Shown in pieces: positions 1-13,838 of a stretch of DNA of 64,000 bases. The notes beneath the pieces were generated by a model that ran no database searches, was not told the DNA's origin, and saw only the letters and a list, made by a program, of their open reading frames with translations. The stretch is from Eledone cirrhosa. Lineage: Eukaryota. How positions within the stretch are numbered: position 1 is the first letter of the stretch; every line of letters begins with the position of its first letter. Where the stretch lies: the NCBI GenBank assembly GCA_964016885.1, contig OZ024741.1, positions 360,592,001 through 360,656,000 of the forward strand. The letters run 5' to 3'. The position numbers and the translations under genes were made by a program.

Positions 1-1349
1 ATTTCAAGACATTTCTAGAAGACTCCAAACACTTGACAGCAATTAACTTTATAACATCAATTAAATAAATAAACTTAGCATCATTGACAACAAAAAAAAA
101 AAACATAAGCTTCTTTGTATAATTTATTAAATAAGGAATGGAAGTCAGTATATATATCTTATCAGTCAAGCAGACTAATAATTTAGGAAAACTGGAGCAT
201 TGTAAGGTATGCAGCTATTTTAAAAGATGGAAGTGGCATAGCTCACAATTCAACATTTTATTAATGCATCAAAGTATAAAAGTGTGGAATTATGGTTTGT
301 TGAGATCACATGAGGTCTTGGATTAGTTGAAATTACCTCATTTATGCTTCAGCTGTCAAAAAATGTTCATACTTATTTAATGGAAAATTATGGAATGTTT
401 TAGAAGACAATAAACACAACAAAGTTATAATATAAATATTTAACATTGATTTTTTTTTTAACGTTTTTTTTTTGTTTTTTGTTTGTTTTTGTTTTCTCAT
501 ATGAGACTCAGTAACATTACTCATCTGTATGTAGTATACAGAAATGTTATGTAGTTTTAGTTTCATGCAAGTATAGAAAATACAAAATTATGTCAAACTC
601 ATGAAATTTCAATGTACAAAGATCCACTGCAAAGTTAATAACAAATACAGCTTTATATTTATATTTTACATCTATTTTATAATATATATACACACATTTT
701 CAATGAAGTTAACTTTCTCAGACTGAGTCTTTTTATGTCACTTTGAGAAAGTCCATATTTTGTGTCAGCTTTTTAAATGGGAGCTTATCAGAAGTTGCTG
801 TTGACTCAAGTAATGAACCATTGAGAAAAACAAAGGACAATTTTACATATTTTTTTTAAATTTGTCACTTGAAAGCTCATCAAACATTAAAAATGTCAAT
901 TGCAATTAATCTAATTAACTTGTTTCTGTGGGAAACCAGATATAACTACATTTACTAATGACATACTTTTAATTTATACATTGAATTTGTTCTAGGCAAG
1001 AATGAATGTATTTATTTCCTGAAAAATATTGATTTTTTTTTCAAAATAAATAAAATTAACAACAGTGTTCCAGCATGGCCACAGCCTGTGGGCTGAAACA
1101 AGTACAAGAGTAAAAGAATAAATAAATGAATAAAATAATTAAGTTGGAAATCAATATATTTTCTATTTTACAAATGATCACCAACAAATTGCTATTTCAG
1201 ACAAATTCATTTTTCTCTGAATTAGTACATAATTTAGACCTTTAATTAAATCACAGAAATTTTTTTCAAACCAGCTATTAAATATATGTACACAAGTCTT
1301 TGAAAAAAAATGCATGGATAAATAAATTGTTGATTTTCTGCTGCTGTGT

Positions 1350-1915
1350 CAGATTGTTGGTGTCATTCGCCTGATCAAGATCAGTTTCCAGGGCCCACCA
1401 CAAGGTCGACAGACTTGGGCCTCAATTGACCCAAGTCATCTGCTCTATGACATAGCTGAGGATTCTCAGCTAGTGGGCCAACATCTCTTGGTGTCACACC
1501 ACCCTTTCTCTTGTGCCATAACAAAGCTGTGAGATTCATTTCAGTATGCTTCAGATGTGGAGAGCTAGCTGGCAACAGACATTTTGACCCACCCAACTGA
1601 ATATCAATCCCAATACAACCCTCCCACCAGGCACTAACCTCTTTTGGAGGAAGTGGTGTTCCTGAATTGGCTATGCACAGGTGTCAGCTGATTCAATGCA
1701 ACCATGATACACTGGCGGCTGCAACCAGCAGCAGCTTGTGAGTGCGGCTCACCAGAGCAGACTACAAAACATATACTAAGTGAGTCCCTGGATCTCCCCC
1801 GGCCTGGAGTGTGGACATCACACACTCTAATCCCACTACTGTGAGGTAGTTACAACGCAGGACATCACACATCACATAATCACAGTGCAGCATCTCAAAC
1901 GCAAGAAGAAGAAGT
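1350..1915 (+). mobile_element. Degenerate 3' end of a Vingi/Ingi-like non-LTR retrotransposon
   Basis: Frameshifted translation LPPGTNLFWRKWC/LNWLCTGVS*FNATMIHWRLQPAAACECGSPEQTTKHI (C-terminal CCHC-type region) followed by an (AAG)n tail; boundaries approximate. Confidence 0.6.
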
Positions 1916-2127
1916 CTGTGAAATTTGTGATATTCTTTCATTCTTTTACTGGTTTTAGTCATAAGGCTATGGCCAAGCTAGGGCATTAGCAGGGAAAGTG
2001 GGCATTAAAATGATGATGATGATGATCATCATATCAACCCTAGGACCCATTTTTTCCACTTTGAGACTTATCTTATAGATTACTTTTTGTCAAACCACTA
2101 AATTATGGGACATAAATACTGACACAG

Positions 2128-2165
<38 letters not shown>

Positions 2166-2685
2166 CACACACACACTCAAACAAATGTACATACATACAA
2201 TGGGCTTTTGCAGTTTCTACCTTTCAAGTTCCACTCATAAGGCATTAGTCAACCCAGGTAGTGGGCGTTAGATTATTCCTGGCTTGGAAATCTATTACCT
2301 GTCAGAACATGTAGGTGACCCATACTAACCCAGCAACAAGGCTCGATGACTGCAGTCATGTGACTGTTCATGGTAACTATACTAACGCTAATCCTAATCT
2401 TAATTCTAACTCTAAATTTGATTCTAACATTAACTCCCACACACACACACCTTTCTACAGCTCTGCTTTCACCTAAACGAACAAAAAAACACAACATACA
2501 TACCATTTTTAAACAAGTTGTATCTCAATTATTGTATTTTATTATATGCTAGCTTCTCCCTCCCAGCTCCCTATACCTTACTCTTCTTACCTTGCCCTGA
2601 GCCATATGCACAACAAAAAAACTACACAACCCACTATACATACAAATATCTTGCTTCAGATACCCCCAACACATTATATTTATAT

Positions 2686-2770
<85 letters not shown>

Positions 2771-3091
2771 CACACATATACATATACACACATATACATA
2801 TATGTGTGTCTCTCTCTCTCTATATATATATATATATACATATATAGAATCCTTCAGCTACATTTAATACTATGTCATTCAAATATAAAAATAGAATGGT
2901 TCTAGATACAAATAAGCCTCCAAATAACAAATACCTATATCATTATTAAGCCAACAATCTGTGGCTTGCCTTGTTGTTTAACAAATAATTAATGGCAATT
3001 GTATGAACTATTTTGTAACTATATTTTTAACAAGAATAAACTGTCTTTGTGTTTTAATAATCAAAATAATCAAGAATTATGGGAGGTTTAA

Positions 3092-3299
3092 ACCTTTAAC
3101 ATTTACATTGCATTATATTTATTATTGTATTTTCACAGTAAAGGCTTTATCTTACATAATATCGAATCTATGAGATTTCAATATTATGTATTTTGTTAAC
3201 AATACCTTAATGTTAGTATGGGCAGACGGTTACAGCTAGTTTGAACAGAGAGAGGTGAGAGAATTCAGTCCAGATATGGCTGGTTTAAATGCGAAAGGG
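3092..3299. mobile_element. piggyBac-type MITE (diverged copy of the ~220-bp family)
   Basis: Homologous to 37170-37390; decayed CCCTTT termini. Confidence 0.7.
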
Positions 3300-3702
3300 T
3301 GAATAAGATAACTAACTTTCAACTTAATAGTGGTTTCTAATCTATTTTTCTGTGGAATATTCAACTAACATTATAAATATGGGGCTTCAGAATATTTATT
3401 GCCTCATTGTTTAATCTATTTTTCTGAGATACACTCATGATAAATTCACAAATTGTATGCTCAACTGATAGTACAACTAACTGCTTATTAAAATCAATGG
3501 AGGATCCGTCATTTTATCCAGTTAGTTATTTCCCCACCCTCTCTTCGATGAAGCTACATCTACACAATTCTCATTTAGAATTTCTTTCTTTTTTATATTA
3601 AAACAAAAATTAATTAACTTATTTATTTACTTATTATATATATATGTGTATATATACATACATACATACATACATACATACATACATACATACATACATA
3701 CA

Positions 3703-4152
3703 TGGTGGCTGCCAACTCGTTTTCGAGTACGGCCACTACTTTATATCCATGTAGGAGAACTCCTACCGATGCGCTGAACGAGTGACATTTTAGTCCAGCC
3801 AGCGACTTGAAAACTCTGGTACAAACACTACACTTGTGACAATTATTGACACATAGTGCTGGGCCCATGGAATCATGTGACGACAAGTGCAGAGAGATCT
3901 CCAGATATAAAGCAATGCCTGTGCCGTGAAGCTTTTATAGTGAGCAAAGGCACTGCACAAAGCCAGTCCCACTCTCTTAACCAAGATGATATTTACCAAA
4001 AAGAAGAACAAGTCAACATCATTGGATACCATCAGAGTTGCAGGTGTTATGTCAGTTTTCCTTCTCCTAGAATTCTGCCTTGACAAAGGCTAAGGGGTCA
4101 TCTCTCCCGGTGATTTTGGATGGCCATTGACTCTTAAGAGCTCCTTTGCCCT

Positions 4153-4155
<3 letters not shown>
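3703..4155 (-). mobile_element. 3' remnant of an RTE-type LINE
   Basis: HKCSVCTRVFKSLAGLKCH terminal C2H2-like finger; flanked by (ATGT)n. Confidence 0.55.
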
Positions 4156-4184
<29 letters not shown>

Positions 4185-4314
4185 TATATATTGTAAAAAC
4201 TAACATTACTACAAGAATATATTTATGAAGCCATGTATCAATAGGTGTTATAGTTTTCAATAATAAAATTGCTTCAAAATATTTTATATTTGATATAAAT
4301 TAAGTGAAATTAAC

Positions 4315-4745
4315 CCTTTCATGACCGCATAGCTAATAAAATACACATTATTTCAATTAATTAATATAGAATTTTGAGGGATTTGCTAAAATTATTGATT
4401 ATTTCATTACAAAGATGGTAACTTAACATATGGTCCTTATATAAAATGTTGCTGCAATATTTTATTTCAAATAAGAACCTTTTAAAATGGGTGATTTTGT
4501 TTCACAGAACCAGAGCTGGTTTTGGCCAGGCAAAACCAACCGGTAGGTGACCCAGGGGTAGACTCCAAGCAAGATGGTTGGTTTAACATGCATGAGCTTG
4601 GCTGGTTTCGCTTGGGGATCCAGCCAGATCAGTTGGAGACTGTTGCTTCTGACAGGACCCGCTAGAAGCAGTGTTTGAAGACGCTGCCTCCGATGACCAC
4701 CCTAGGAATAAGTGGACAAAGAAGATAAGAAGGTATCAAAAGGGT
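4315..4745. mobile_element. piggyBac-type MITE (second family) carrying a nested LINE 3' fragment at about 4535-4730
   Basis: TTAA-CCCTTT ... AAAGGG-TTAA termini; GC-richer insert ending in (AAG)n. Confidence 0.6.
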
Positions 4746-4874
4746 TAAACTATGTTAAATATGAAACTAGGTTAAATATGAAATGTGGGTCCCATTTCAA
4801 ATTATTTATGTATGGTTTACATGTATATATATATGTACATGTAGTGTACATGATGTACTTGTAACAGAACATAA

Positions 4875-5089
4875 TGATTTCTACTATAGACACAAGGCCA
4901 GCAATTTTGGGGGAGGGGAAAGTTGATTAAATCGACCCTAGTGTGTGACTGTTACTTTATTTTATCAACCCTGTAAGGATGAGAGGCAAAGTCAACTTGG
5001 CAGGATTTGAAATCAGATCATAAAGGGCCGTAACTCTATGCTGCAAAGCATGGCATCCGACCCTCTACTGCTACTGCTAATCCACCGCT
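4875..5089 (-). mobile_element. tRNA-derived SINE family A
   Basis: Reverse complement of the copy at 15540; A/B-box-like head and GCCTTTCATCCTT..GGGGTCGATAAA core. Confidence 0.8.
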
Positions 5090-5406
5090 CTAAAGTAACA
5101 GAACATAAGAAAATAACTTCTTTTTTCTTCTGGCCTGGCTATTATTGCAATATAATGGCTAATCTACTTCACTATTTTGCTTGGCAACAACTCAATATTC
5201 ATTTATTCTTTTCTATTATTCTTTCATTGGTTTCAATCATTAGCCTACGGTCATTGTGGGCCAGCACCTTCTATGGATTTACTTGATTATATCTATCCTA
5301 GTACTTTTCAAGTGTGGCACTTATTTTATCTCTTTTTGCTGAACCACTAAATTATGGGACATAAGCAAAGAGTTAATTAACACACATACACACACATATG
5401 TGTGTA

Positions 5407-5443
<37 letters not shown>

Positions 5444-5445
5444 TC

Positions 5446-5477
<32 letters not shown>

Positions 5478-5480
<3 letters not shown>

Positions 5481-5667
5481 TTCCAGGTTCAGTCAAGGGT
5501 TAATCAAAATAAGTAAAGTATTCAATATATTAGTAGAGTGTAAACATCATGTTTAATATAGAAATGGCTTCTACAGGACTAGAACTGTTTCAGTCAACAG
5601 AAATCATCATAATTTCTAATGAATTTTTGAATGAACTAGTCCTGTAGAAGCCATTTCTTTATTAAAC

Positions 5668-5670
<3 letters not shown>
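5478..5670 (-). mobile_element. Penelope-like pLTR remnant with partial inverted repeat and decayed hammerhead core
   Basis: Same family as 21191-21390 and 60282-60410; embedded in (TA)n; core reads ATGATGA...GAAA. Confidence 0.55.
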
Positions 5671-5721
<51 letters not shown>

Positions 5722-5725
5722 CATA

Positions 5726-7013
5726 CAGGGTGCGGATGATATTTGTTCGCAATTTTCAACTGCTAATTTTATGCAAATTGTTTTTACTTCCGTTGTCACT
5801 CTTGTCTTCATAAAAACAGTGACTATATTTCCATTATTTATTTTCAGAATAATTGATTATGAATAATTTTGAACCTCCAAATTTGTGAAAGAGACACAGA
5901 GTTCTTCTTGGAACCCGCGCCGGTAGGACAAATAAGGAAATTTCAGACTTTCTCAGCATCAGCAGAAGAATGGTGGAAAAGGTCAGAAAGGAATTGGAAG
6001 ATTCAGGATTCGACTACGAAGCAACATCAGAGAGGAAAACACATGATCGATGATCTGACGCCTGCAGAACGCCCAAGTTCATCGCTGAAGTTCAGGATAT
6101 CATCAACAATGAACCTAGCAAGTCGATGTGGGCCATTGCAAGGGAGAAAGGCATGGATGAAAAGCTCATTAGGCTGGTGGTACATGAAGACATTCGCTAC
6201 GTTTCATACAAGATGAGGAAAGGACAATTTCTGTCAAAGGCGATGCAAGGAAAGCGACTGAAGCACGCAAAGAAGCTGATCAACAAGTTGAAACACCCAC
6301 TGCTGCCAGACATGCTGTGGTTTTTCTCCAAGGAGAAAAACTTCTGCCACGACCAGAAGATCAACTCTTGGAACAACAGGTGGCTTGCTGTTTCATCCAA
6401 AGACATGTCCAGAGTCATGCAGACATAGTTTCCAGCGACAACATTGGTCTTAGGTATCGTCAACAGTCAAGGTAACGTCATGCCACTTCACTTCTTCCCT
6501 AAGGGCCTCAAGCTGAACACCAATGGCTACATCCACATTCTGAGCGAGGTAGTAAAGCCCTGGATTGACCAGGTAGCTGCAGGTAGGCCGTATGTGTGGC
6601 AGCAAAACTCAGCGCCCTGCCATACCAGCCAAAAGACCCAAGCCTGGCTGTCAGAGAACTTCGTCGACCACCCTTCACCTGACATCTGGCCTCCCAGCTC
6701 GCCTGACTGCAACCCTTCGACTTCTTTGTGTGAGGCGCAGTGGAACGAGACACCAACAGATCTAGCTGCAATACGAAAGACGATCTGAAGGCCAGGATCA
6801 TAAGTCGGGGGACAGTGACGAAGGCCTGTAGCCGGTTCCGAGGCCGCCTTGAGGCCGTTATCAAAGCCAATGGCAGGTTTATCGAGTGAGATCAAAAGAA
6901 CAAGTCATGAAGACAAACTGACCCAAGTTTGATAAATAAATCTTAAAAAATAAAACTACTGTGTTATTTTTTCCTAGACAGTAATCTTGCGAACAAATAT
7001 CGTTCGCACCCTG
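5726..7013 (+). mobile_element. Tc1/mariner DNA transposon, DD37D (maT) family, disrupted transposase
   Basis: TIRs CAGGGTGCGGATGATATTTGTTCGCAA / TTGCGAACAAATATCGTTCGCACCCTG with TA flanks; motifs FS(K)EKNF, WQQ(N)SAPCH, WPPSSPDCNP/D with about 37-residue spacing; stops and frameshifts. Confidence 0.92.
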
Positions 7014-7445
7014 TATATATATATATATATATATATAGATAGATAGATAGATAGATAGATATATAATCAATATATAAACACATTGAGCTAATTATGAAGA
7101 TGTGCCAATTATATACTATCATATATAATTCTCTACTTTCCTTTGAGCATTGTATATTTAGTTTTACCTTTGCTGTCTCTCTCTCCCTCTCTCTCCATAT
7201 ATATATATATATATATATGGTGAGAAAAACCACAGACCCTCCATCTCAACTCACCTTTTGAAAAGCAGAAGAACTGTGAAACCGGTAAAGGAACCAAATA
7301 AATATATATATTTTTTAAAAAAATAAGACTCCAGTTGCATTTTCGATTTCATCTCTTTTTCTTTATACTTTCACTCGTGTAGGACACCTCGGTTATTTTT
7401 CATTTTGTAAAAAAAACCTCACTTTCTAATATATATATATATATG

Positions 7446-7790
7446 AAAAATGGCGTGCTGCATTGTTGCAAATGGGTTACATATGAATAAAATTAGAACA
7501 AGAAGAAGGACTGTCCGTCATCAGTGATCTTCCAACCATCATTGGTATTTCTTTGCATTAAAGACCATCTACCTCAGGCTGGTGCGAGCAATAACTAAAC
7601 AAGTTATTGGGACAGGTAGAATTGGGTGTAGAAAGCGAGACATATAAACAAAGAGAGATGGTAATAGCAACGGAAAGAGAGGAAGAAGAGAAGCAAGTCT
7701 GTGATATCTGAGAACTTAAGTTCGATCAAATGGTGGACGAGAAGAGAAGACACGTCCAGACCCTGTGAAATGTGAGCGAGAAAAGGATTT
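7446..7790 (-). mobile_element. Diverged relative of the repeat at 50605-51313
   Basis: Shared blocks AAAATGGCG.GCTG, TCRTCAG, GGTATTTCTT, TACCTCAG, GCGA.CAATAAC in the same order. Confidence 0.6.
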
Positions 7791-8006
7791 CACATATAAG
7801 CAAAAGGGATATACAATTTGTTGGTAATTCAACAAATATAAATGTTTATAACTGATTCAAAGCACTCAACAGATTTTCTGGAGTATAATATTCAATGATA
7901 TTAAATAAATGGAAACTATATTTATTCTATTATATATATTTAGGAAAAACTTGAACCGTTAAGTTCTTCTTTCCTGGCTATGTCAATATTTATAAAACAA
8001 ACTTCG

Positions 8007-8067
8007 TATTTTATCTGATGAGAGCGTACCAAAGTTTTGGTACCCTTGAAATATATATAATAGAATA
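8007..8067 (+). ncRNA. Minimal type I hammerhead ribozyme motif inside a fold-back element (about 7893-8112)
   Basis: TATTTTAT-CTGATGA-GAGcGTACCAAA gt TTTGGTACcCTT-GAAA-TATATA-TA-ATAGAATA: 8-bp stem I, long stem II, palindromic stem III. Confidence 0.8.
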
Positions 8068-8107
8068 AATATGGTTTTATAAATATAGTTTCCATTTATT
8101 TAATATT

Positions 8108-8150
<43 letters not shown>

Positions 8151-9242
8151 TATATATATATACATATACAACAGGTTTTCAAACAGTTTTCATTTACCAA
8201 ATTTCATTCACAAGGCATTGGTCAACCCAAGGCTATAATAGAAGACACTTGCCAAAGGTGCCACACAGTAGGGGTGACCCTGAAAGCACATGGTTGCAAA
8301 GTGATCTCCTTAACCATACAGTTATGCCTGTGATTGACAAAATAGCAAACATTACATCTGCAGCCACTGTAATAGATTAGAGACATGAGCCTCATCTCTC
8401 TTTCTTTCTCTGTCTCTTCCCTGTCCCACTCTCTCTTTCTCTCATTGCAAGCAAAGTATCAAAGTATCAAAGCATCATAGTATCACAGTATCATGGTATC
8501 ATGGTATCATGGTATCATGGTATCAAAGTACCATGGTATCATGGTATGGAATATGGAATGTGATAAGATGCCTGTTGGCAAATGTTTACCTCTCAGAAGG
8601 TGTCTGCTGTAAACAACATTACAAGAATGTCGGCACAGGGAAGAAAAACATTACAAACAAAACTAAACAATCTCAAAAAACAAAACAAAAAGCCCTAACA
8701 CATCTCCCTCAGTGTTTAGTGCCAAGTAAACAGCTGTTAGGTTAAAGTTTCATTGTGAGTGAGTGAAAGACAAACCAGGTAAACAAAAATGATTAAAAAC
8801 CCAAACAAAAATAAAATCAGGAAAAAAAGAAAAGAAACTAAAGGAACAAAACAAAATGGAAATTTAAGGTTTGTGATGTGTGTGGCATGTGTGGAAAGGA
8901 GTAACACTTTGGCATTTTCGAATGGAAATGTCGGATGGTTTCAAGGGTTTTATTATTTAGATTATATTTAAATAGAACTAGAATTAACGAGGAGATTGAA
9001 ATCAAACTGATTTCACTTACTGTTCAAGTAAGACTGTGTGTGTGTGTTTGTGTGTGTCTGTGTGTTAATGTGTGTATGTATATGTGTGTTAATGTGTGTG
9101 TATGTATATGTGTGTGCGTTTGCGTTTATATGTGGGTCTGTATATGTGTGCTTATGTCTGTCTGTATATATGTGTGTGTGTTTATGTGTGTCAGTATATA
9201 TGTGTGTGTGTTTATGTGTGTCTGTATATATGTGTGTGTTTA

Positions 9243-9897
9243 TGGTGGTGGAGGAGTTGGTGGTGTTAGTGGTGTTGGTAGTGGTGTTGGTGGTGGTGTT
9301 GGTGGTGGTGGTGGTGTTGGTAGCGGTGGTGGTGTTGGTGATGGTGTTGGTGGTGGTGGTGTTGGTGGTGGTGGTGGTGGCGGCAGCTGTGGTGTTGGTG
9401 TTGGTGGTGGTTTTGGTGGTGATGTTGGTGTGGTGATGTTGGTGGTGGTGGTGGTGGTGATGTTGGTGTGGTGATGTTGGTGGTGGTGATGTTGGTGGTG
9501 GTGGTGGTGGTGGTGGTGGTGGTGGTGGTGGTGTTAGTGGTGGTGGTGTTGGTGGTGGTGGTGGTGTTGGTGGTGGTGGTGTTGGTGGCGGTGTTGGTGT
9601 TGGTGGTAGTGTTGGTGGTGTTGGTGGTGATGTTGGTGTTGGTGGTGGCAGCGGTGGTGTTGGTGGCGGTGGTGGTGTTGGTGGTGGTGGTGTTGGTGGT
9701 GGTGTTGGTGGTGGTATTGGTGGTGGTGGTGTTGGTGGTGGTGATGTTGGTGTTGGTGGTGGCAGCGGTGGTGTTGGTGGCGGTGGTGGTGTTGGTGTTG
9801 GTGGTGGTGGTGTTGGTGGTGTTGGTGTTGGTGGTGGTGGTGTTGGTGGTGTTGGTGATATTGGTGTTGGTGGTGGTGGTGTTGGTGGTGGTGGTGT
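9243..9897. repeat. (GGT)n/(GTT) compound microsatellite
   Basis: Seen directly; preceded by a TG-rich tract at 9035-9242. Confidence 0.95.
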
Positions 9898-10227
9898 AAA
9901 TGATATAGGATACAGATAGGAACCTGAGGTATCTTGGAAGATGATTGTGGAATGGTGTAGAGTAATGGGGGGGGGGGACACAAGTGTAAAATTATAAATA
10001 TGGATTATTATTATTATTATTATTATCTTATTAGTACAGTGGCTTTTCTTAAAGGCAAAGATGCAGAAGTGAAAACCAACCAAACAGTGTGTTCTGTCAT
10101 TATTTCTGGCAATATTATTACAACAATATGCCGAGGTTAACTTTGCCTTTCATCCTTATGGGGTCGATAAAATAAAGTACCTGTAATACACTGGGTAATT
10201 GCTGGCCTTGTGCCAAAAGTAGAAACA

Positions 10228-10950
10228 ATTATTACAACAATATGACCCTCCCCAAGTATAACAATATATATATATATTATTACAACAATATGACCCTCCC
10301 CAAGTATAACAATATATATATATATTATTACAACAATATGACCCTCCCCAAGTATAACAATATATATATATATATATATATTATTACAACAATATGACCC
10401 TCCCCAAGTATAACAATATATATATATATTATTACAACAATATGACCCTCCCCAAGTATAACAATATATATATATATTATTACAACAATATGACCCTCCC
10501 CAAGTATAACAATATATATATATATATTATTACAACAATATGACCCTCCCCAAGTATAACAATATATATATATATTATTACAACAATATGACCCTCCCCA
10601 AGTATAACAATATATATATATATTATTACAACAATATGACCCTCCCCAAGTATAACAATATATATATATATTATTACAACAATATGACCCTCCCCAAGTA
10701 TAACAATATATATATATATTATTACAACAATATGACCCTCCCCAAGTATAACAATATATATATATATATTATTACAACAATATGACCCTCCCCAAGTATA
10801 ACAATATATATATATATTATTACAACAATATGACCCTCCCCAAGTATAACAATATATATATATATTATTACAACAATATGACCCTCCCCAAGTATAACAA
10901 TATATATATATATTATTACAACAATATGACCCTCCCCAAGTATAACAATA
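10228..10950. repeat. Minisatellite, about 48-bp unit x 15
   Basis: ATTACAACAATATGACCCTCCCCAAGTATAACA(AT)n repeated; only the TA run length varies. Confidence 0.95.
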
Positions 10951-11029
10951 TTTGTTTCAGCACACAACTTCATATCAAAAACCTTGCAAAATAAAAAAGA
11001 TATTAATTTACCAAAATATATCCTTAGAA

Positions 11030-11700
11030 ATGTGTAGTTATGTATGTGTATTTGTGTGTATGTATGTGTAGTTATGTAAGTGTGTATATGTCTATGTGTG
11101 TGTAGTTATGTATGTGTGTATGTGTGTAGTTATGTATGTGTATATGTGTGTAGTTATGTATATGTATATGTGTGTGTGTAGTTACATATGTGTGTGTAGT
11201 TATGTATGTGTATGTGTGTGTAGTTATGTATGTGTATGTGTGTGTAGCTATGTATGTGTATATGTGTGTATGTGTGTAGTTATGTATGTGTGTATGTGTA
11301 TGTGTGTGTGTGTGTAATGTATGTGTGTATGTGTAGTTATATATGGGTGTATGTGTGTGTAGTTATGTATGTGTATGTGTGTACATGTGTATATGTGTAC
11401 ATGTGTGTATGTGAGTGTAGTTATGTATGTGTATATGGGTGTATGTGTGTAGTTATGTATGTGTATATGTGTACATGTGTGTATGTGAGTGTAGTTATGT
11501 ATGTGTATATGCGTGTATGTGAGTGTAGTTATGTATGTGTATATGTGTACATGTGGGTATGTGAGTGTAGTTATGTATGTGTACATGTGGGTATGTGAGT
11601 GTAGTTATGTATGTGTATATGTGTGTATGTCAGTGTATGTGTGTATAGTTATATATGTGTATATGTATATATGTGTGTATGTGTGTGTGATAATGTATGT
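11030..11700. repeat. TG-rich low-complexity repeat with a recurring GTAGTTATGTAT motif
   Basis: Seen directly. Confidence 0.9.
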
Positions 11701-11787
11701 CCTGTACTTTAGTCTATGCTGTTCACTGACATGTGAGTTAATGAGAAAACATAAAGTGATTATGTGTCAAAGTTATGGAGCTACACA

Positions 11788-12855
11788 ATACCACAGGGAT
11801 CTGTTCTTGGTCCCCTTTTGTTTGTGGCATATATTAATGACATAGATGCCAACTTAAAGAATGCCACGGTACTGAAATATGCAGATGACATCAAGCTGTA
11901 CCTTGAAATCAAAAGGACTGATCCTGAAATCTACAACTCTTTCCTACAATCAGACCTGGACACAATGCAGCAATGGATCACAGACTGGTAACTGAAGCTG
12001 GCTGTGGACAAGTGTACCACCATGCATTTTGGGAGGAAAAATCCAGCATCCACATACTCCCTCCACAACACTGATATCAAGAAGTCCTCTTGTGAACGTG
12101 ACCTGGGCATTACTGTCAGCAGCGATTTGCGTTGGACAAAGCATGTCTCTAAGATTGTCAAGAAGGCTGAGGGTGTCTTGGCATCACTCAGCAAGACCTT
12201 TGTTAGCCGCTCTCCAGCCATCTATTTAAAGCTGTATACAGCTATGGTACGACCACATTTGGAATTCGCATCATCAGTCTGGAACCCCTATCTTGCTCAG
12301 AACATTGACCTCCTGGAAACTATTCAGAGACGTGCAACCAAGCGCATACCCTCCATCAGGGATCTACCATACTCTGAACGCCTTGCTTCCCTGGGCATGG
12401 ATTCATTGAAGCTCCGACGTCTGGCAATGGACTTGGTAAACACCCACAAAGTTATTAACCATCTCGCCAACAACAACCCTGAGCACCTTTTTGATCTCCA
12501 TGTGTCTAACACACGTGGATATGCCTACAAAATCAGAAAACAGCACAGCTCCCATGACTTTCGTAGACATTTTTTCACGCTCAGAGTTCCTGAAGCAGCG
12601 AACAAACTACCTGCGTCAGTTGTTAGCTGCCGAGACACTGCATCCTTTAAAACCCTCATGCTTCCCGAAATACGCCAAAACTACACCTGATGTACCCCTT
12701 CTATACACATGCACACATGTGTATATCATGACTCATGCACTGTTCATTTTCCTGACGTTTGTACATTACCCTATGTACTATACATACACTTTTTGATGAG
12801 TTGTAGTGCACCTGAGCACTGTACACAATATTTCATTATTATTATTATTATTATA
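11788..12855 (+). mobile_element. 5'-truncated CR1-group LINE (RT C-terminal half and 3' UTR)
   Basis: PQGSVLGPLLF, YADDIKL, ERDLGI, RPHLEFASSVWNP, NTRG; one in-frame TAA at 11989-11991; (ATT)n tail. Confidence 0.92.
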
Positions 12856-13649
12856 TTCTTTCACTGAGTTGTGGCCATACCTGGACACTGCCATTTAATC
12901 ATAGTAATCAGTCCACTTATGAACAGTATTATTATATTATTTGAAGGTTTGCTATATACACCTACACTTTAGCTTTTAATAAAATAAAATAAAATAAAAA
13001 TAAAAAAATAAATAAAAAAACAGAAATTAATTTTTTAAAATGGTTTCTAATTTAGACACTAGGCCAACAATATGGAGCTGGATGGAGGGAGGTGACTATA
13101 TCGACCCCAGTACTTGACTTGTACTTTATTTTATCAACCCCCATAGGGATAAAAGGCAAAGTTGACCTGAATAGGGATTTGAATTTAGAACATAAAGAGT
13201 CTGAACAAATACCATGTGGCATTTTGTTTGATGCTTTAATGATTCTACAAATCTACTGCCTTAAATCGGAAATTAATAAAAAGACAATTATTAGCATGAT
13301 CATTACACATAATCAATAGATATAATCATTGCATAGAATCAATACACATGATTATTATTATACATGGAATGATGAGAGTGTGTCACGGACAACCTGAATA
13401 TTTCAGAGTCATGCATGTAAAAAGATCTCGCATAAATTTATCATTAAAATTTTCCCAGAAACATTGCAAAAGTTAAGGATATCTTAAATGAAAATTTCCA
13501 ATAGAATACACAAACCTATGTGTTTCAATTAAGTTTTAAAATGTATTTAGTAACCTAGTTTTTTACCATTAATTTGATGTTTGGAACATAACTTAAAAGA
13601 TTTTTTACACAAATTTAAATATAATCACTTTAAGACTAGTAGTTTCAAA

Positions 13650-13838
13650 TAATTGTTTCTACTTTAGGCACAAGGCCAGCAATTACCCAGTACATTACTG
13701 GTACTTTATTTTATCGACCCCATAAGGATGAAAGGCAAAGTTAACCTCAGCGGGATTTGAACTCAGACTGTAAAGAGACGTAACTATGCTAGAAAGCATG
13801 GCGCCCAACCCTCTACCGATACTGCCAATTCACCGCTC
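13650..13838 (-). mobile_element. SINE family A
   Basis: Near reverse complement of 45278-45470. Confidence 0.8.

Noticed and set aside
2375-2440. Interstitial telomeric repeat
   Set aside because: Too degenerate; few exact CCCTAA units
8935-10083. Pro/Thr/His/Gly/Val-rich ORFs (extensin- or mucin-like)
   Set aside because: Translations of (GGT)n and (TG)n repeats with no splice or domain support
10228-10950. CRISPR-like repeat-spacer array
   Set aside because: The 'spacers' are only variable (TA)n runs; eukaryotic context; no cas genes
13368-13400. Box C/D snoRNA (ATGATGA...CTGA)
   Set aside because: Boxes only 18 nt apart, no terminal stem and no recognisable guide
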